The notes beneath the pieces are model-generated. The model saw nothing but the letters and a program-made list of their open reading frames with translations. It was not told where the DNA came from and did no database searches. A stretch of DNA of 43,759 nt from Naegleria gruberi (lineage: Eukaryota). How positions within the stretch are numbered: position 1 is the stretch's first letter; every line of letters starts with the position of its first letter. Where the stretch lies: assembly GCA_000004985.1 (NCBI GenBank), contig GG738949.1; one strand, 5' to 3'. The position numbers and the translations under genes were made by a program. This document shows, in pieces, positions 24,117-33,795 of the stretch.

Positions 24117-24699
24117 AATTTGAAATGTCAATTCCATTATATAGTAAGAATTCCCCACCAATGAATCCAAACTCTATTGTAAATGCATCAATAATTGCGT
24201 ATGCCTGTAAATTGCCACGAGTAGTGAACAATTGCTTGTCCTTTCCTTTCCATATCATTTCGAATCGATTTGCGTATTTGGAAAAATCGAAATTTGTTTC
24301 ATAGCTTCGCATAAGTCCATTAATTACAATCACCATTGTGAAATTATCCAATTTTTTACCTTGATTAATTATTTCTGCCAATTCATTGTTTGCTGCTTTT
24401 ACAATTTGACTCGGAGAGGAACATGGTTGATTCTCATCCCTACACGTTGCATTCAAATCATCAACATTAGGAAATTCAGAATCTAAATAATAAATAGCTG
24501 AATATGATGATGAATTAATTGTATTGTTGGCCATTACATATTGATGATGCTCTTGTTCTTGTGGTTGGAGTACTACTACTAATTCATTATTAGCTAATAT
24601 CGACTCGGAGTGTGCAATTATCATCATTATCATCATCATCATAATAATTAAAAGCCTAATAAATCTAAGACTCTCCGAAGAGGTGGTAATCTTGTGCAT
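24117..24699 (-). CDS. 5' portion (194 codons) of a gene encoding a protein with an N-terminal signal peptide or signal anchor. It is a paralog of the N-terminus of the receptor-like kinase at 31467-32174. The rest is in the gap.
   Basis: The first ATG is the complement of 24697-24699; the track start at 24711 is TTG. MHKITTSSESLRFIRLLIIMMMMIMMIIAHS is a hydrophobic leader. The motif NQPCSSPSQ and the block NFDFSKYANRFEMIW resemble PCSTPSQPC and ADYSPFIRINPFKMEISF in the 32174 gene. Confidence 0.5.
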
Positions 24700-24975
24700 T
24701 TTGTTTTTCAATTTTTGAATTTGGTTATCCGTCGGAAGCCTTCATATTCTCTTTCTCTCTCTAGCTGTTGTGTATTAAGATGGATTCAATAGATTATCTG
24801 ATAATTTCTTGAAGTTATCTTAAATTGTAATAGAATTTGTGCTTTTTTGAAATTTTTATTTTTTAATTTTATTTGATGATTCGGAAAGTTTTTTTAATGT
24901 TGCAAATTACTGCCTTAATTAGCCTTGAAAACTTTGAAAGTTCTCCTGTCAGAGCACGTCAACCCATCAAAAAAA
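24700..24975. promoter_or_regulatory. Divergent intergenic region between the minus-strand gene (start 24699) and the plus-strand START-like gene (start 24976)
   Basis: 276 bp of AT-rich non-coding sequence flanked by two outward-facing ATGs. It contains a (ct)n tract at 24750-24760 and an A-run directly before the 24976 ATG. No specific motifs could be assigned. Confidence 0.3.
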
Positions 24976-26252
24976 ATGTCACAAGATAAAGAAGACTCTC
25001 TCACTGAATGGTTGAACAATATTGTTGTTGCTATTGGTGAAGAAGACATTCCAAACAATAATCTTTTGCCTGTCACTGTCAGTGAGACATCAACAAACCA
25101 AACAGTTCCTGCAGGTGATAAGAAGGTTAGAAAGCGAAAGGAAACTAAACAACCACCATTCCCAAATATTCAATCAAGAGACATTTCTGACTTCACTAAC
25201 AGGCTAGTTTCGAATAATAACAAGTTGAGCAGCAAGGACCAACAACAAATAGATTTGTTAAAGATTGGGAAGGGTTTCGTTCAACACACCACTTGGACTA
25301 CTTCATCTGTTCTTAATGGGAAGAGAAAAGAAACTCTAGAAAATATTAGAAACTCAAAGAAGAAGAAGAAAGAAACAGTTGACNNNNNNNNNNNNNNNNN
25401 NNNNNNNNNNNNNNNNNNNNNNNNNNNNNNNNNNNNNNNNNNNNNNNNNNNNNNNTTACCATCGCAGAAGATACACCAGATTGGGAGTTGATTTTAGATA
25501 AGAGTGATGAATACCAACTATTCATTTCCAAAACACCGTATGTCTTCAATCAGGATACCATGATTGGCATGCAGTTAGCAAAAGCTTTCATCTATCTCCC
25601 TTACAATATCGATGACGTTTGGGCCTGTTGGTGGAATACTGACATTATGGAAAAGTTTGATCCAATGGTATTTAAGGGAAGGAAGCCACCTCCTCAACAA
25701 GATGATGCCTCAACAACAAAATCCAGTTTTTCTTACCAGAAACCAAATGGTGGTTATGCTCATTCTTTGAATGTCAGTAATATTAATTTCTTTCCAGTGA
25801 AGAGAACTCTTCACTATACATCAACGATGGTGAGAGATTCAGAGATTGATGCAATCTTGTTGATTGGACATTCGTCTGAGAATTTGAAAGAGGATTTTCC
25901 TGATGAGGAGATTGAACACAAATTATTGCAAGGATTCTTTTATTGGAGTTTGTTTAAGGTAAATGACAAGTTGACCAGAGTAATGATTTCAACGTATAGT
26001 GAAATTAACATTCCAATATTTTCGTCATTCTTTTACAAACAAATGGCGATTAAAAGGACGAAAAGTATAAGGAAATCAATGATGAAAGAATTGGATCGAT
26101 TAACAGATTGTGGACGAAAGAAAATGGATACTAGTTCATTTGTGGATGAATTGAATTTTAGGAAGTGTTTGGAAGAAAATTGTGTGAAATATCCGAATCG
26201 ATCATGGTATAAGGAATGGCTGGCTCTAAAGCAAAATCCAACTCAATTTTAA
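24976..26252 (+). CDS. START-like (StAR-related lipid-transfer / Bet v1 fold) domain protein, ~420 aa, spanning a 72-N gap
   Basis: ATG at 24976 in an 'aaaaaaaATG' context. The N-terminal part is low-complexity and basic. After the gap, DWELILDKSDEYQLFISK...AKAFIYLPYNIDDVWACWWNTDIMEKFDPMVFKG matches the opening of a START domain (Trp in the first beta strand, conserved W/D). A helical tail FFYKQMAIKRTKSIRKSMMKEL follows. Stop at 26250-26252. The two ORF pieces are in different frames only because of the gap length. Confidence 0.5.
25384..25455. other. Assembly gap (72 N)
   Basis: Run of N. Confidence 0.99.
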
Positions 26253-26409
26253 AAGAATTCCACTTTACAGAAAACTTAACATTTTGATGTGTTATTTTAA
26301 TTCATAAGAATGGAAGAACACTTATTGAGCTTGTCACAAATTTCTGCAAATGAAGGTCTTTCAACATCCTTGTCCCAACATTTTGTCATTATTTCACACA
26401 ACTCTTTCA
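26005..26409. repeat. Segmental duplication, copy A (~405 bp up to the gap). It carries the 3' 82 codons of the START-like gene, a 45-bp intergenic spacer and a minus-strand kinase 3' fragment.
   Basis: Direct repeat of 28051-28454 with about 9 mismatches and indels (~98% identity). Homology begins exactly at ttaacattcc (26005 / 28051). Confidence 0.85.
26297..26409 (-). pseudogene. Duplicated 3' fragment of the TKL kinase gene (last 37 codons ...KELCEIMTKCWDKDVERPSFAEICDKLNKCSSILMN*), truncated at the gap
   Basis: Identical at protein level to 28342-28452. Beyond the 50-N gap the minus strand no longer reads as kinase and is antisense to the LRR gene. Confidence 0.45.
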
Positions 26410-26459
26410 NNNNNNNNNNNNNNNNNNNNNNNNNNNNNNNNNNNNNNNNNNNNNNNNNN
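26410..26459. other. Assembly gap (50 N)
   Basis: Run of N. Confidence 0.99.
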
Positions 26460-27017
26460 GATGAGCTATATTGCTCAGCAGTTAATTCTACAGCTCGTTT
26501 ACAAGAATTAATTGTGGAAAAACCACTTGATTCCTCCCTCACAACACTTGATTTATCACAATGTTATGTTGGAGAAGTTTTTTTGAAAGCTCTTTCTTTG
26601 GGAGAATTCAAGAAATTGACTAAACTCTTACTATCTAATAATGAAATTGGAAATGAGGAAGTTCTGCTATTGGGAAAACTTTACATGCCGAATCTAGCTC
26701 ATCTCAATCTTGATGATAACCTAATTGGATTGGAAGGCGCTAACATCATTTCCAATTTTACTAATTTTCCTCATTTAGAATTTCTTTCCTGTAGAAAATA
26801 TCCCGCAACAAAACACAAAACCTTTGAAAGTTATTCATTGAATAATTTTCTTGAGGATTGCAGGGAGGAATTGGGAGAGGAATTAGAGGAGGAAGAAGAA
26901 GATTGTGAAGAGGATTATTATGGAGGTTTACGTAATTCGAAAGGAAAGGAAATTAGTTTTGTATCGTCGTTTGTTAGCTTTACTTGGACCAAAAGTGATT
27001 ATGTCTATGTCTATTAA
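26460..27017 (+). CDS. RNI-type leucine-rich-repeat protein, C-terminal 185 codons with an acidic tail; the 5' end is in a gap or unresolved
   Basis: LTTLDLSQCYVGEVFLKALSLGEFKKLTKLLLSNNEIGNEEVLLLGKLYMPNLAHLNLDDNLIGLEGANIISNF shows 28-29-residue RNI-like LRRs (L..L.L..N.IG.EG). An EELGEELEEEEEDCEED acidic stretch follows. Stop at 27015-27017. There is no in-frame Met before the repeats. Confidence 0.5.
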   Translation, partial: DELYCSAVNSTARLQELIVEKPLDSSLTTLDLSQCYVGEVFLKALSLGEFKKLTKLLLSNNEIGNEEVLLLGKLYMPNLAHLNLDDNLIGLEGANIISNFTNFPHLEFLSCRKYPATKHKTFESYSLNNFLEDCREELGEELEEEEEDCEEDYYGGLRNSKGKEISFVSSFVSFTWTKSDYVYVY

Positions 27018-27288
27018 TGAGCCATGGATTTCACTATGGAATTAGTTTGCATGTTCATTGAAACAGGAAAATTGAATTTTCAAAAATGTTTACAAGATAA
27101 TTATTTGAAATTTCCAATAATCTTGAATGAGATACACTACACGAAAATATCTTATGATTTCGAATAGCAACTGACTACTATTTTGGTAATACAGAACCGC
27201 AATAATGAACTTGCCAATTATTGTAACGTCGTTTAAATAAACCGACCAGTGCCACTACATTAAAGAGAGACATTTGACTTTAAAAAAA

Positions 27289-27897
27289 ATGAGACAAGAC
27301 AAGACAACATTCAACCCAGATAATTATTGTCTCGTCTATGAAGAGGTAATGACATGCCAAGAAACAAGAAATATCTTTAAAGAATTCTTGAAGGAAAACA
27401 TGGCGGAAGAACCACTTCTTTATTTGGACGAATGTGAAAAGTATAAAGTGGAATATGCCAAGTTGAAAGAGAAATTTCACGGTTTATCTTTGATGGTTAA
27501 AAGAAGTAGTAGTGTAGGAAATGTTTCTGATTTGGGAAACGAGACAAGTGGCAAGGAATGGGATAAAAATCAGTTGACTAAATTATTTGTGAATTTAAAA
27601 GGAATTATTGATGAGTTTATTGTGGAAGAGGCAACTAAGGAGTTGAATTTGAGTTCGGTTAGGCAGTGGACGATAATGGAGTGGCAGATAATAGAAGCAA
27701 TGATGAACGGATTCGAACAGGATTCGTCCAATTTGGAACTTTCGAATAATTTGTATAGGAAACTGGATATTAATGTGCTGTTTGAAAAGGTAGATTTAGT
27801 GGTTATGATAGATTTGAAAATGGATCAATTTCCTCGATTTATTCGTTCAAATTTAGCTCGAAAATTTCTATTAGAAAAGGGAGAACATTTCACATGA
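27289..27897 (+). CDS. RGS (regulator of G-protein signalling) domain protein, 202 aa
   Basis: ATG at 27289-27291 in an 'aaaaaaaATG' context. FNPDNYCLVYEEVMTCQETRNIFKEFLKENMAEEPLLYLDECEKYK matches the RGS N-terminal helix pattern (F..FL..E..EE.L.F....E.Y). The C-terminal MIDLKMDQFPRFIRSNLARKFL matches the RGS end (M..D.FPRF..S..Y). Confidence 0.8.
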   Translation: MRQDKTTFNPDNYCLVYEEVMTCQETRNIFKEFLKENMAEEPLLYLDECEKYKVEYAKLKEKFHGLSLMVKRSSSVGNVSDLGNETSGKEWDKNQLTKLFVNLKGIIDEFIVEEATKELNLSSVRQWTIMEWQIIEAMMNGFEQDSSNLELSNNLYRKLDINVLFEKVDLVVMIDLKMDQFPRFIRSNLARKFLLEKGEHFT

Positions 27898-28031
27898 ACT
27901 GTGGCAATCGATATTTCGAAAGGTTTCAAAGTTGATTTGAGATTTAAACCAAAAGATTTGAAAGATAAGGAAATTAATGACAATCACATTTATTTTGGTA
28001 TGTTAAATTGCAAAATTTTCATTGTTAACCA

Positions 28032-28298
28032 TTTTTAGGATTAACCATCGTTAACATTCCAATATTTTCGTCATTCTTTTACAAACAAATGGCGATGAAA
28101 AGGACGAAAAGTATAAGGAAATCAATGATGAAAGAATTGGATCGATTAACAGATTATGGACGAAAGAAAATGGATACTAGTTCATTTGTGGATGAATTGA
28201 ATTTTAGAAAGTGTTTGGAAGAAAATTGTGTGAAATATCCGAATCGATCATGGTATAAGGAGTGGCTGGCTCTAAAACAAAATCCAACTCAATTTTAA
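28032..28298 (+). pseudogene. Duplicated 3' fragment of the START-like gene (copy B), with no 5' part
   Basis: Codes ...NIPIFSSFFYKQMAMKRTKSIRKSMMKELDRLTDYGRKKMDTSSFVDELNFRKCLEENCVKYPNRSWYKEWLALKQNPTQF*, about 97% identical to the end of 24976-26252. The frame opens only 7 codons upstream of the duplication boundary. Confidence 0.5.
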
Positions 28299-28545
28299 AG
28301 AATTCCAATTTACAGAAAACTTAACATTTTGAAGTGTTATTTTAATTCATAAGAATGGAAGAACACTTATTGAGCTTGTCACAAATTTCTGCAAATGAAG
28401 GTCTTTCAACGTCCTTGTCCCAACATTTTGTCATTATTTCACACAACTCTTTCACAACAAGGGCAAGCTTCATCTCTGAATTACGAGAAGATCCAAAAAT
28501 TCCTCCCTTCTCATTTTCCATCAAAAAGGAATTGACATATTCCTT
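28051..28545. repeat. Segmental duplication, copy B. It continues into the 2.9-kb gap.
   Basis: See copy A. The spacing between copies is 2,046 bp, so the duplicated unit may include the LRR and RGS genes. Confidence 0.85.
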
Positions 28546-31500
28546 NNNNNNNNNNNNNNNNNNNNNNNNNNNNNNNNNNNNNNNNNNNNNNNNNNNNNNN
28601 NNNNNNNNNNNNNNNNNNNNNNNNNNNNNNNNNNNNNNNNNNNNNNNNNNNNNNNNNNNNNNNNNNNNNNNNNNNNNNNNNNNNNNNNNNNNNNNNNNNN
28701 NNNNNNNNNNNNNNNNNNNNNNNNNNNNNNNNNNNNNNNNNNNNNNNNNNNNNNNNNNNNNNNNNNNNNNNNNNNNNNNNNNNNNNNNNNNNNNNNNNNN
28801 NNNNNNNNNNNNNNNNNNNNNNNNNNNNNNNNNNNNNNNNNNNNNNNNNNNNNNNNNNNNNNNNNNNNNNNNNNNNNNNNNNNNNNNNNNNNNNNNNNNN
28901 NNNNNNNNNNNNNNNNNNNNNNNNNNNNNNNNNNNNNNNNNNNNNNNNNNNNNNNNNNNNNNNNNNNNNNNNNNNNNNNNNNNNNNNNNNNNNNNNNNNN
29001 NNNNNNNNNNNNNNNNNNNNNNNNNNNNNNNNNNNNNNNNNNNNNNNNNNNNNNNNNNNNNNNNNNNNNNNNNNNNNNNNNNNNNNNNNNNNNNNNNNNN
29101 NNNNNNNNNNNNNNNNNNNNNNNNNNNNNNNNNNNNNNNNNNNNNNNNNNNNNNNNNNNNNNNNNNNNNNNNNNNNNNNNNNNNNNNNNNNNNNNNNNNN
29201 NNNNNNNNNNNNNNNNNNNNNNNNNNNNNNNNNNNNNNNNNNNNNNNNNNNNNNNNNNNNNNNNNNNNNNNNNNNNNNNNNNNNNNNNNNNNNNNNNNNN
29301 NNNNNNNNNNNNNNNNNNNNNNNNNNNNNNNNNNNNNNNNNNNNNNNNNNNNNNNNNNNNNNNNNNNNNNNNNNNNNNNNNNNNNNNNNNNNNNNNNNNN
29401 NNNNNNNNNNNNNNNNNNNNNNNNNNNNNNNNNNNNNNNNNNNNNNNNNNNNNNNNNNNNNNNNNNNNNNNNNNNNNNNNNNNNNNNNNNNNNNNNNNNN
29501 NNNNNNNNNNNNNNNNNNNNNNNNNNNNNNNNNNNNNNNNNNNNNNNNNNNNNNNNNNNNNNNNNNNNNNNNNNNNNNNNNNNNNNNNNNNNNNNNNNNN
29601 NNNNNNNNNNNNNNNNNNNNNNNNNNNNNNNNNNNNNNNNNNNNNNNNNNNNNNNNNNNNNNNNNNNNNNNNNNNNNNNNNNNNNNNNNNNNNNNNNNNN
29701 NNNNNNNNNNNNNNNNNNNNNNNNNNNNNNNNNNNNNNNNNNNNNNNNNNNNNNNNNNNNNNNNNNNNNNNNNNNNNNNNNNNNNNNNNNNNNNNNNNNN
29801 NNNNNNNNNNNNNNNNNNNNNNNNNNNNNNNNNNNNNNNNNNNNNNNNNNNNNNNNNNNNNNNNNNNNNNNNNNNNNNNNNNNNNNNNNNNNNNNNNNNN
29901 NNNNNNNNNNNNNNNNNNNNNNNNNNNNNNNNNNNNNNNNNNNNNNNNNNNNNNNNNNNNNNNNNNNNNNNNNNNNNNNNNNNNNNNNNNNNNNNNNNNN
30001 NNNNNNNNNNNNNNNNNNNNNNNNNNNNNNNNNNNNNNNNNNNNNNNNNNNNNNNNNNNNNNNNNNNNNNNNNNNNNNNNNNNNNNNNNNNNNNNNNNNN
30101 NNNNNNNNNNNNNNNNNNNNNNNNNNNNNNNNNNNNNNNNNNNNNNNNNNNNNNNNNNNNNNNNNNNNNNNNNNNNNNNNNNNNNNNNNNNNNNNNNNNN
30201 NNNNNNNNNNNNNNNNNNNNNNNNNNNNNNNNNNNNNNNNNNNNNNNNNNNNNNNNNNNNNNNNNNNNNNNNNNNNNNNNNNNNNNNNNNNNNNNNNNNN
30301 NNNNNNNNNNNNNNNNNNNNNNNNNNNNNNNNNNNNNNNNNNNNNNNNNNNNNNNNNNNNNNNNNNNNNNNNNNNNNNNNNNNNNNNNNNNNNNNNNNNN
30401 NNNNNNNNNNNNNNNNNNNNNNNNNNNNNNNNNNNNNNNNNNNNNNNNNNNNNNNNNNNNNNNNNNNNNNNNNNNNNNNNNNNNNNNNNNNNNNNNNNNN
30501 NNNNNNNNNNNNNNNNNNNNNNNNNNNNNNNNNNNNNNNNNNNNNNNNNNNNNNNNNNNNNNNNNNNNNNNNNNNNNNNNNNNNNNNNNNNNNNNNNNNN
30601 NNNNNNNNNNNNNNNNNNNNNNNNNNNNNNNNNNNNNNNNNNNNNNNNNNNNNNNNNNNNNNNNNNNNNNNNNNNNNNNNNNNNNNNNNNNNNNNNNNNN
30701 NNNNNNNNNNNNNNNNNNNNNNNNNNNNNNNNNNNNNNNNNNNNNNNNNNNNNNNNNNNNNNNNNNNNNNNNNNNNNNNNNNNNNNNNNNNNNNNNNNNN
30801 NNNNNNNNNNNNNNNNNNNNNNNNNNNNNNNNNNNNNNNNNNNNNNNNNNNNNNNNNNNNNNNNNNNNNNNNNNNNNNNNNNNNNNNNNNNNNNNNNNNN
30901 NNNNNNNNNNNNNNNNNNNNNNNNNNNNNNNNNNNNNNNNNNNNNNNNNNNNNNNNNNNNNNNNNNNNNNNNNNNNNNNNNNNNNNNNNNNNNNNNNNNN
31001 NNNNNNNNNNNNNNNNNNNNNNNNNNNNNNNNNNNNNNNNNNNNNNNNNNNNNNNNNNNNNNNNNNNNNNNNNNNNNNNNNNNNNNNNNNNNNNNNNNNN
31101 NNNNNNNNNNNNNNNNNNNNNNNNNNNNNNNNNNNNNNNNNNNNNNNNNNNNNNNNNNNNNNNNNNNNNNNNNNNNNNNNNNNNNNNNNNNNNNNNNNNN
31201 NNNNNNNNNNNNNNNNNNNNNNNNNNNNNNNNNNNNNNNNNNNNNNNNNNNNNNNNNNNNNNNNNNNNNNNNNNNNNNNNNNNNNNNNNNNNNNNNNNNN
31301 NNNNNNNNNNNNNNNNNNNNNNNNNNNNNNNNNNNNNNNNNNNNNNNNNNNNNNNNNNNNNNNNNNNNNNNNNNNNNNNNNNNNNNNNNNNNNNNNNNNN
31401 NNNNNNNNNNNNNNNNNNNNNNNNNNNNNNNNNNNNNNNNNNNNNNNNNNNNNNNNNNNNNNNNNNTTCATCTCCACCTCTTCAAATATAACTCTTGTTG

Positions 31501-32174
31501 TGTAAATACTCGAAACATAATCATTCTCTACTGCAATCACAGCATTAACATCCCAATTTACAAAGGCAATATTGGTGAATGATATTTCCATTTTGAAAGG
31601 ATTGATTCGTATAAAGGGAGAATAATCAGCACATGAAATGAAAGTCTTTGACAATCCATAAAAGTTGGCAATAATCTTGCTTTGGATAGCCTCTGAATTG
31701 TTATAGTATGGCAAGTCAATTGCACAATTATTATTATTACTACCATCACTCACATCTATATTATTCAATAAATAAATATTTAATTCTTGTTCTTCCGCTA
31801 TTATTACATGATAATAATTTAAATAGTATTATTATTATTAATTTACATATGATGATCATTAATTTACATTGAAAATCAACAAAATTACTATTCACATATT
31901 TAAAACCAAACTACCTACCTGTACTGGTCGTATTGAAAAGCACACTCCACTTCTCCAGTACATATTTTAGTGAGTTACACGGCTGAGAAGGGGTAGAACA
32001 GGGAAAGAAGTTATTGCTACTGCTGCTACTAGCCTTCGGATCAATGTAGACACTACTCGTTATCTTGGCAATTGTGGTGTTGATGGTCAAAATGTTGAGA
32101 AACAATAGCACCACGAGGATAGAAATCAATCGCCACACCTCATGATCCCTTCGGGTCATCATTGAATGTCTCAT
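28342..32174 (-). CDS. Receptor-like TKL-family protein kinase gene. Exon 1 is 31919-32174 (signal peptide/anchor). The intron is 31756-31918. Exon 2 is 31467-31755 and runs into the 2.9-kb gap. The C-terminal kinase end is 28342-28545.
   Basis: Exon 1 (MRHSMMTRRDHEVWRLISILVVLLFLNILTIN...NTTST) ends at G|GTAGGT. The next ORF has no in-frame ATG; its 'M' at 31768 is TTG. That ORF begins immediately after ...aatatAG, and the splice phase fits (g+at = Asp). The C-terminus ...LALVVKELCEIMTKCWDKDVERPSFAEICDKL is the canonical end of a Tyr-kinase-like catalytic domain (LM..CW...P..RPSF.EI). The middle of the gene is unsequenced, so linkage of the two ends is inferred. Confidence 0.5.
28546..31466. 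other. Assembly gap (2,921 N)
   Basis: Run of N. Confidence 0.99.
31756..31918 (-). other. Spliceosomal intron (163 nt, GTAGGT...TATAG, >85% AT)
   Basis: Donor GTAGGT directly after an ORF that otherwise hits TAG. The acceptor is a pyrimidine/AT-rich tail plus AG directly before an ATG-less ORF. The phase-1 junction keeps the frame. Confidence 0.55.
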
Positions 32175-32349
32175 CCACACAAACTATGAGGAGGTTTTTT
32201 ATTCTTCTTGCGTACGATATTACGATGACCAAGTAGTAACATCCACTCAATATTGGAAGTAAACATTGACATGTGAAAATACATTTGATACTTGTCAGCA
32301 ATATTGAAAATTGCATTGTAATAGGTATTATGAATATTTACATAATAAT

Positions 32350-33429
32350 TTAATGCTTGTCTGTGATGAGATAGGATAATTGGAGAGCTTCGTTCTCTGT
32401 TAAAATTCCATCACCATCCAAATCGTAAGGTGAGAGAACTCTCTTGCAAATGTGGTAATGTGTCTCCACTTCAGAGACTTGTATTTTACCTTCCACTTTC
32501 AATTGTTCAATTGATTTTCTGACTCTCTTTTTCCATTCTTCCAATTCATGCAAATCTTCAATATTAGGAATGCTTAACATTTGGTATTGATTCATTTTGG
32601 AGAAACCAGTTTCTGTTTTCTCATGTCTGAACTTTTCCAAATCTGCTAAAAAATCCTTCTTCACCATTGATATGGGTGGAGATTCAACATTATCAATATA
32701 ATTGCTCAATTTTGGAATTACATCCTTCTTCCACTGATCAAGTGACTTGTTCATTACTTCTTCGTATAATTGTTTGAAAATCCAAGCTTTGATATTTTGT
32801 CGAACAAGGTATTGAGGGTGAATTAATAAATCAAAAACAGTTTCCAAATCCAACTTGTTGAGATAAACTGCTGCATAGGCAACACAAGCTCTATTACTCA
32901 GAAGTGAGTCCTTTGTTTCTATATTTATGAGATTTCTCAAGAGTGGTTTAATTTCCTTATCTATCACAACAGTTTGACATCCTACACAAGCACTTAATTT
33001 CAAGGCATAATTTGGTGTATCAATTGAACTGTTTGGCAATTTAAGGGCTCTTTTGATCATATCTGCTCTCATTGTTTCCGAAAGAATAACAAACGGATTC
33101 ATCAGTAAATTACAAAGAGATTGGAAAGGATAAAATTCATTATCAGAAGATTCTGGCAATTTTCTAGTTCCTCTCAAATCAGCAGATATAAACCCGTGAT
33201 CTATTATTTGCTTGAAAATATCCTCATGGTCTTGTAACGTTTCCTTCGTTAATCCTCTCCTCAACTTTTGCATATTATCAACATCTCTTGCCCTCAAAAA
33301 TCCCATAACACTCTCCTCACAACTACTTCCAAGATCCGACAAGTTAGCTCCCGAAGAAAACATTGATAAGGAATCACTCACCGACGATGATGGCGTTAAG
33401 TGTTCGCTGTTATTGTTATTGTTGCTCAT
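32350..33429 (-). CDS. EF-hand-containing protein, 359 aa (single clear C-terminal EF-hand; the rest is unassigned)
   Basis: Complete ORF with ATG at the complement of 33427-33429 and N-terminus MSNNNNNSEH. The C-terminal SPYDLDGDGILTENEALQL fits the 12-residue EF-hand loop D-x-D-x-D-G-x-I-x-x-x-E. Confidence 0.6.
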   Translation of the reverse strand: MSNNNNNSEHLTPSSSVSDSLSMFSSGANLSDLGSSCEESVMGFLRARDVDNMQKLRRGLTKETLQDHEDIFKQIIDHGFISADLRGTRKLPESSDNEFYPFQSLCNLLMNPFVILSETMRADMIKRALKLPNSSIDTPNYALKLSACVGCQTVVIDKEIKPLLRNLINIETKDSLLSNRACVAYAAVYLNKLDLETVFDLLIHPQYLVRQNIKAWIFKQLYEEVMNKSLDQWKKDVIPKLSNYIDNVESPPISMVKKDFLADLEKFRHEKTETGFSKMNQYQMLSIPNIEDLHELEEWKKRVRKSIEQLKVEGKIQVSEVETHYHICKRVLSPYDLDGDGILTENEALQLSYLITDKH

Positions 33430-33795
33430 TACTATAGTAAATAGATATCTATTGGTTATAAGGGCGAAGCGTTGGGTTTTTTTTTAAAGTTTTTTTAAGG
33501 CACTTTTAATTGTACAGAAAAAAGGCGCCAAATTTCAATGCCAATTTTGTAGGAAGCCATTAACTCTGTGCCAAGTTGGTTTTAATTGTGGTTGCAGTTA
33601 TTTGTGCAGAAATAGCAACCAATTAGGTAATGAGAGTGTGTCCAATAAAATTAGGAAAGATTACAATTTGTGAATTTTGAAAGTGTGAAAAGAGCAACCC
33701 AATGGTCAACCAAGAAAAGAACAATGAGGAACTAGCTGCCAAGAGTGGTCACATGTCAATAACTTGAATCATGCAAAAACCATGGTTCAAAAAAA

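Noticed and set aside
10423-24711. Track ORFs of 4,500-4,800 aa (10423-24711, 10675-24123, 10683-24170, 10724-24304) and similar giant ORFs at 3608-5512, 3623-5467, 28355-31582, 28511-31768, 36515-42388 and 36533-42436
   Set aside because: They are translations of N runs (X residues). Only the short flanking real sequence was evaluated. The flanking pieces cannot be assumed to belong to one gene.
26310-26409. N-terminal part of track ORF 26310-27017 (MEEHLLSLSQISANEGLSTSLSQHFVIISHNSF) as the start of the LRR protein
   Set aside because: It is the antisense reading of the duplicated kinase C-terminal fragment. The identical peptide recurs at 28355 antisense to the real kinase end. It is joined to the LRR frame only through a 50-N gap.
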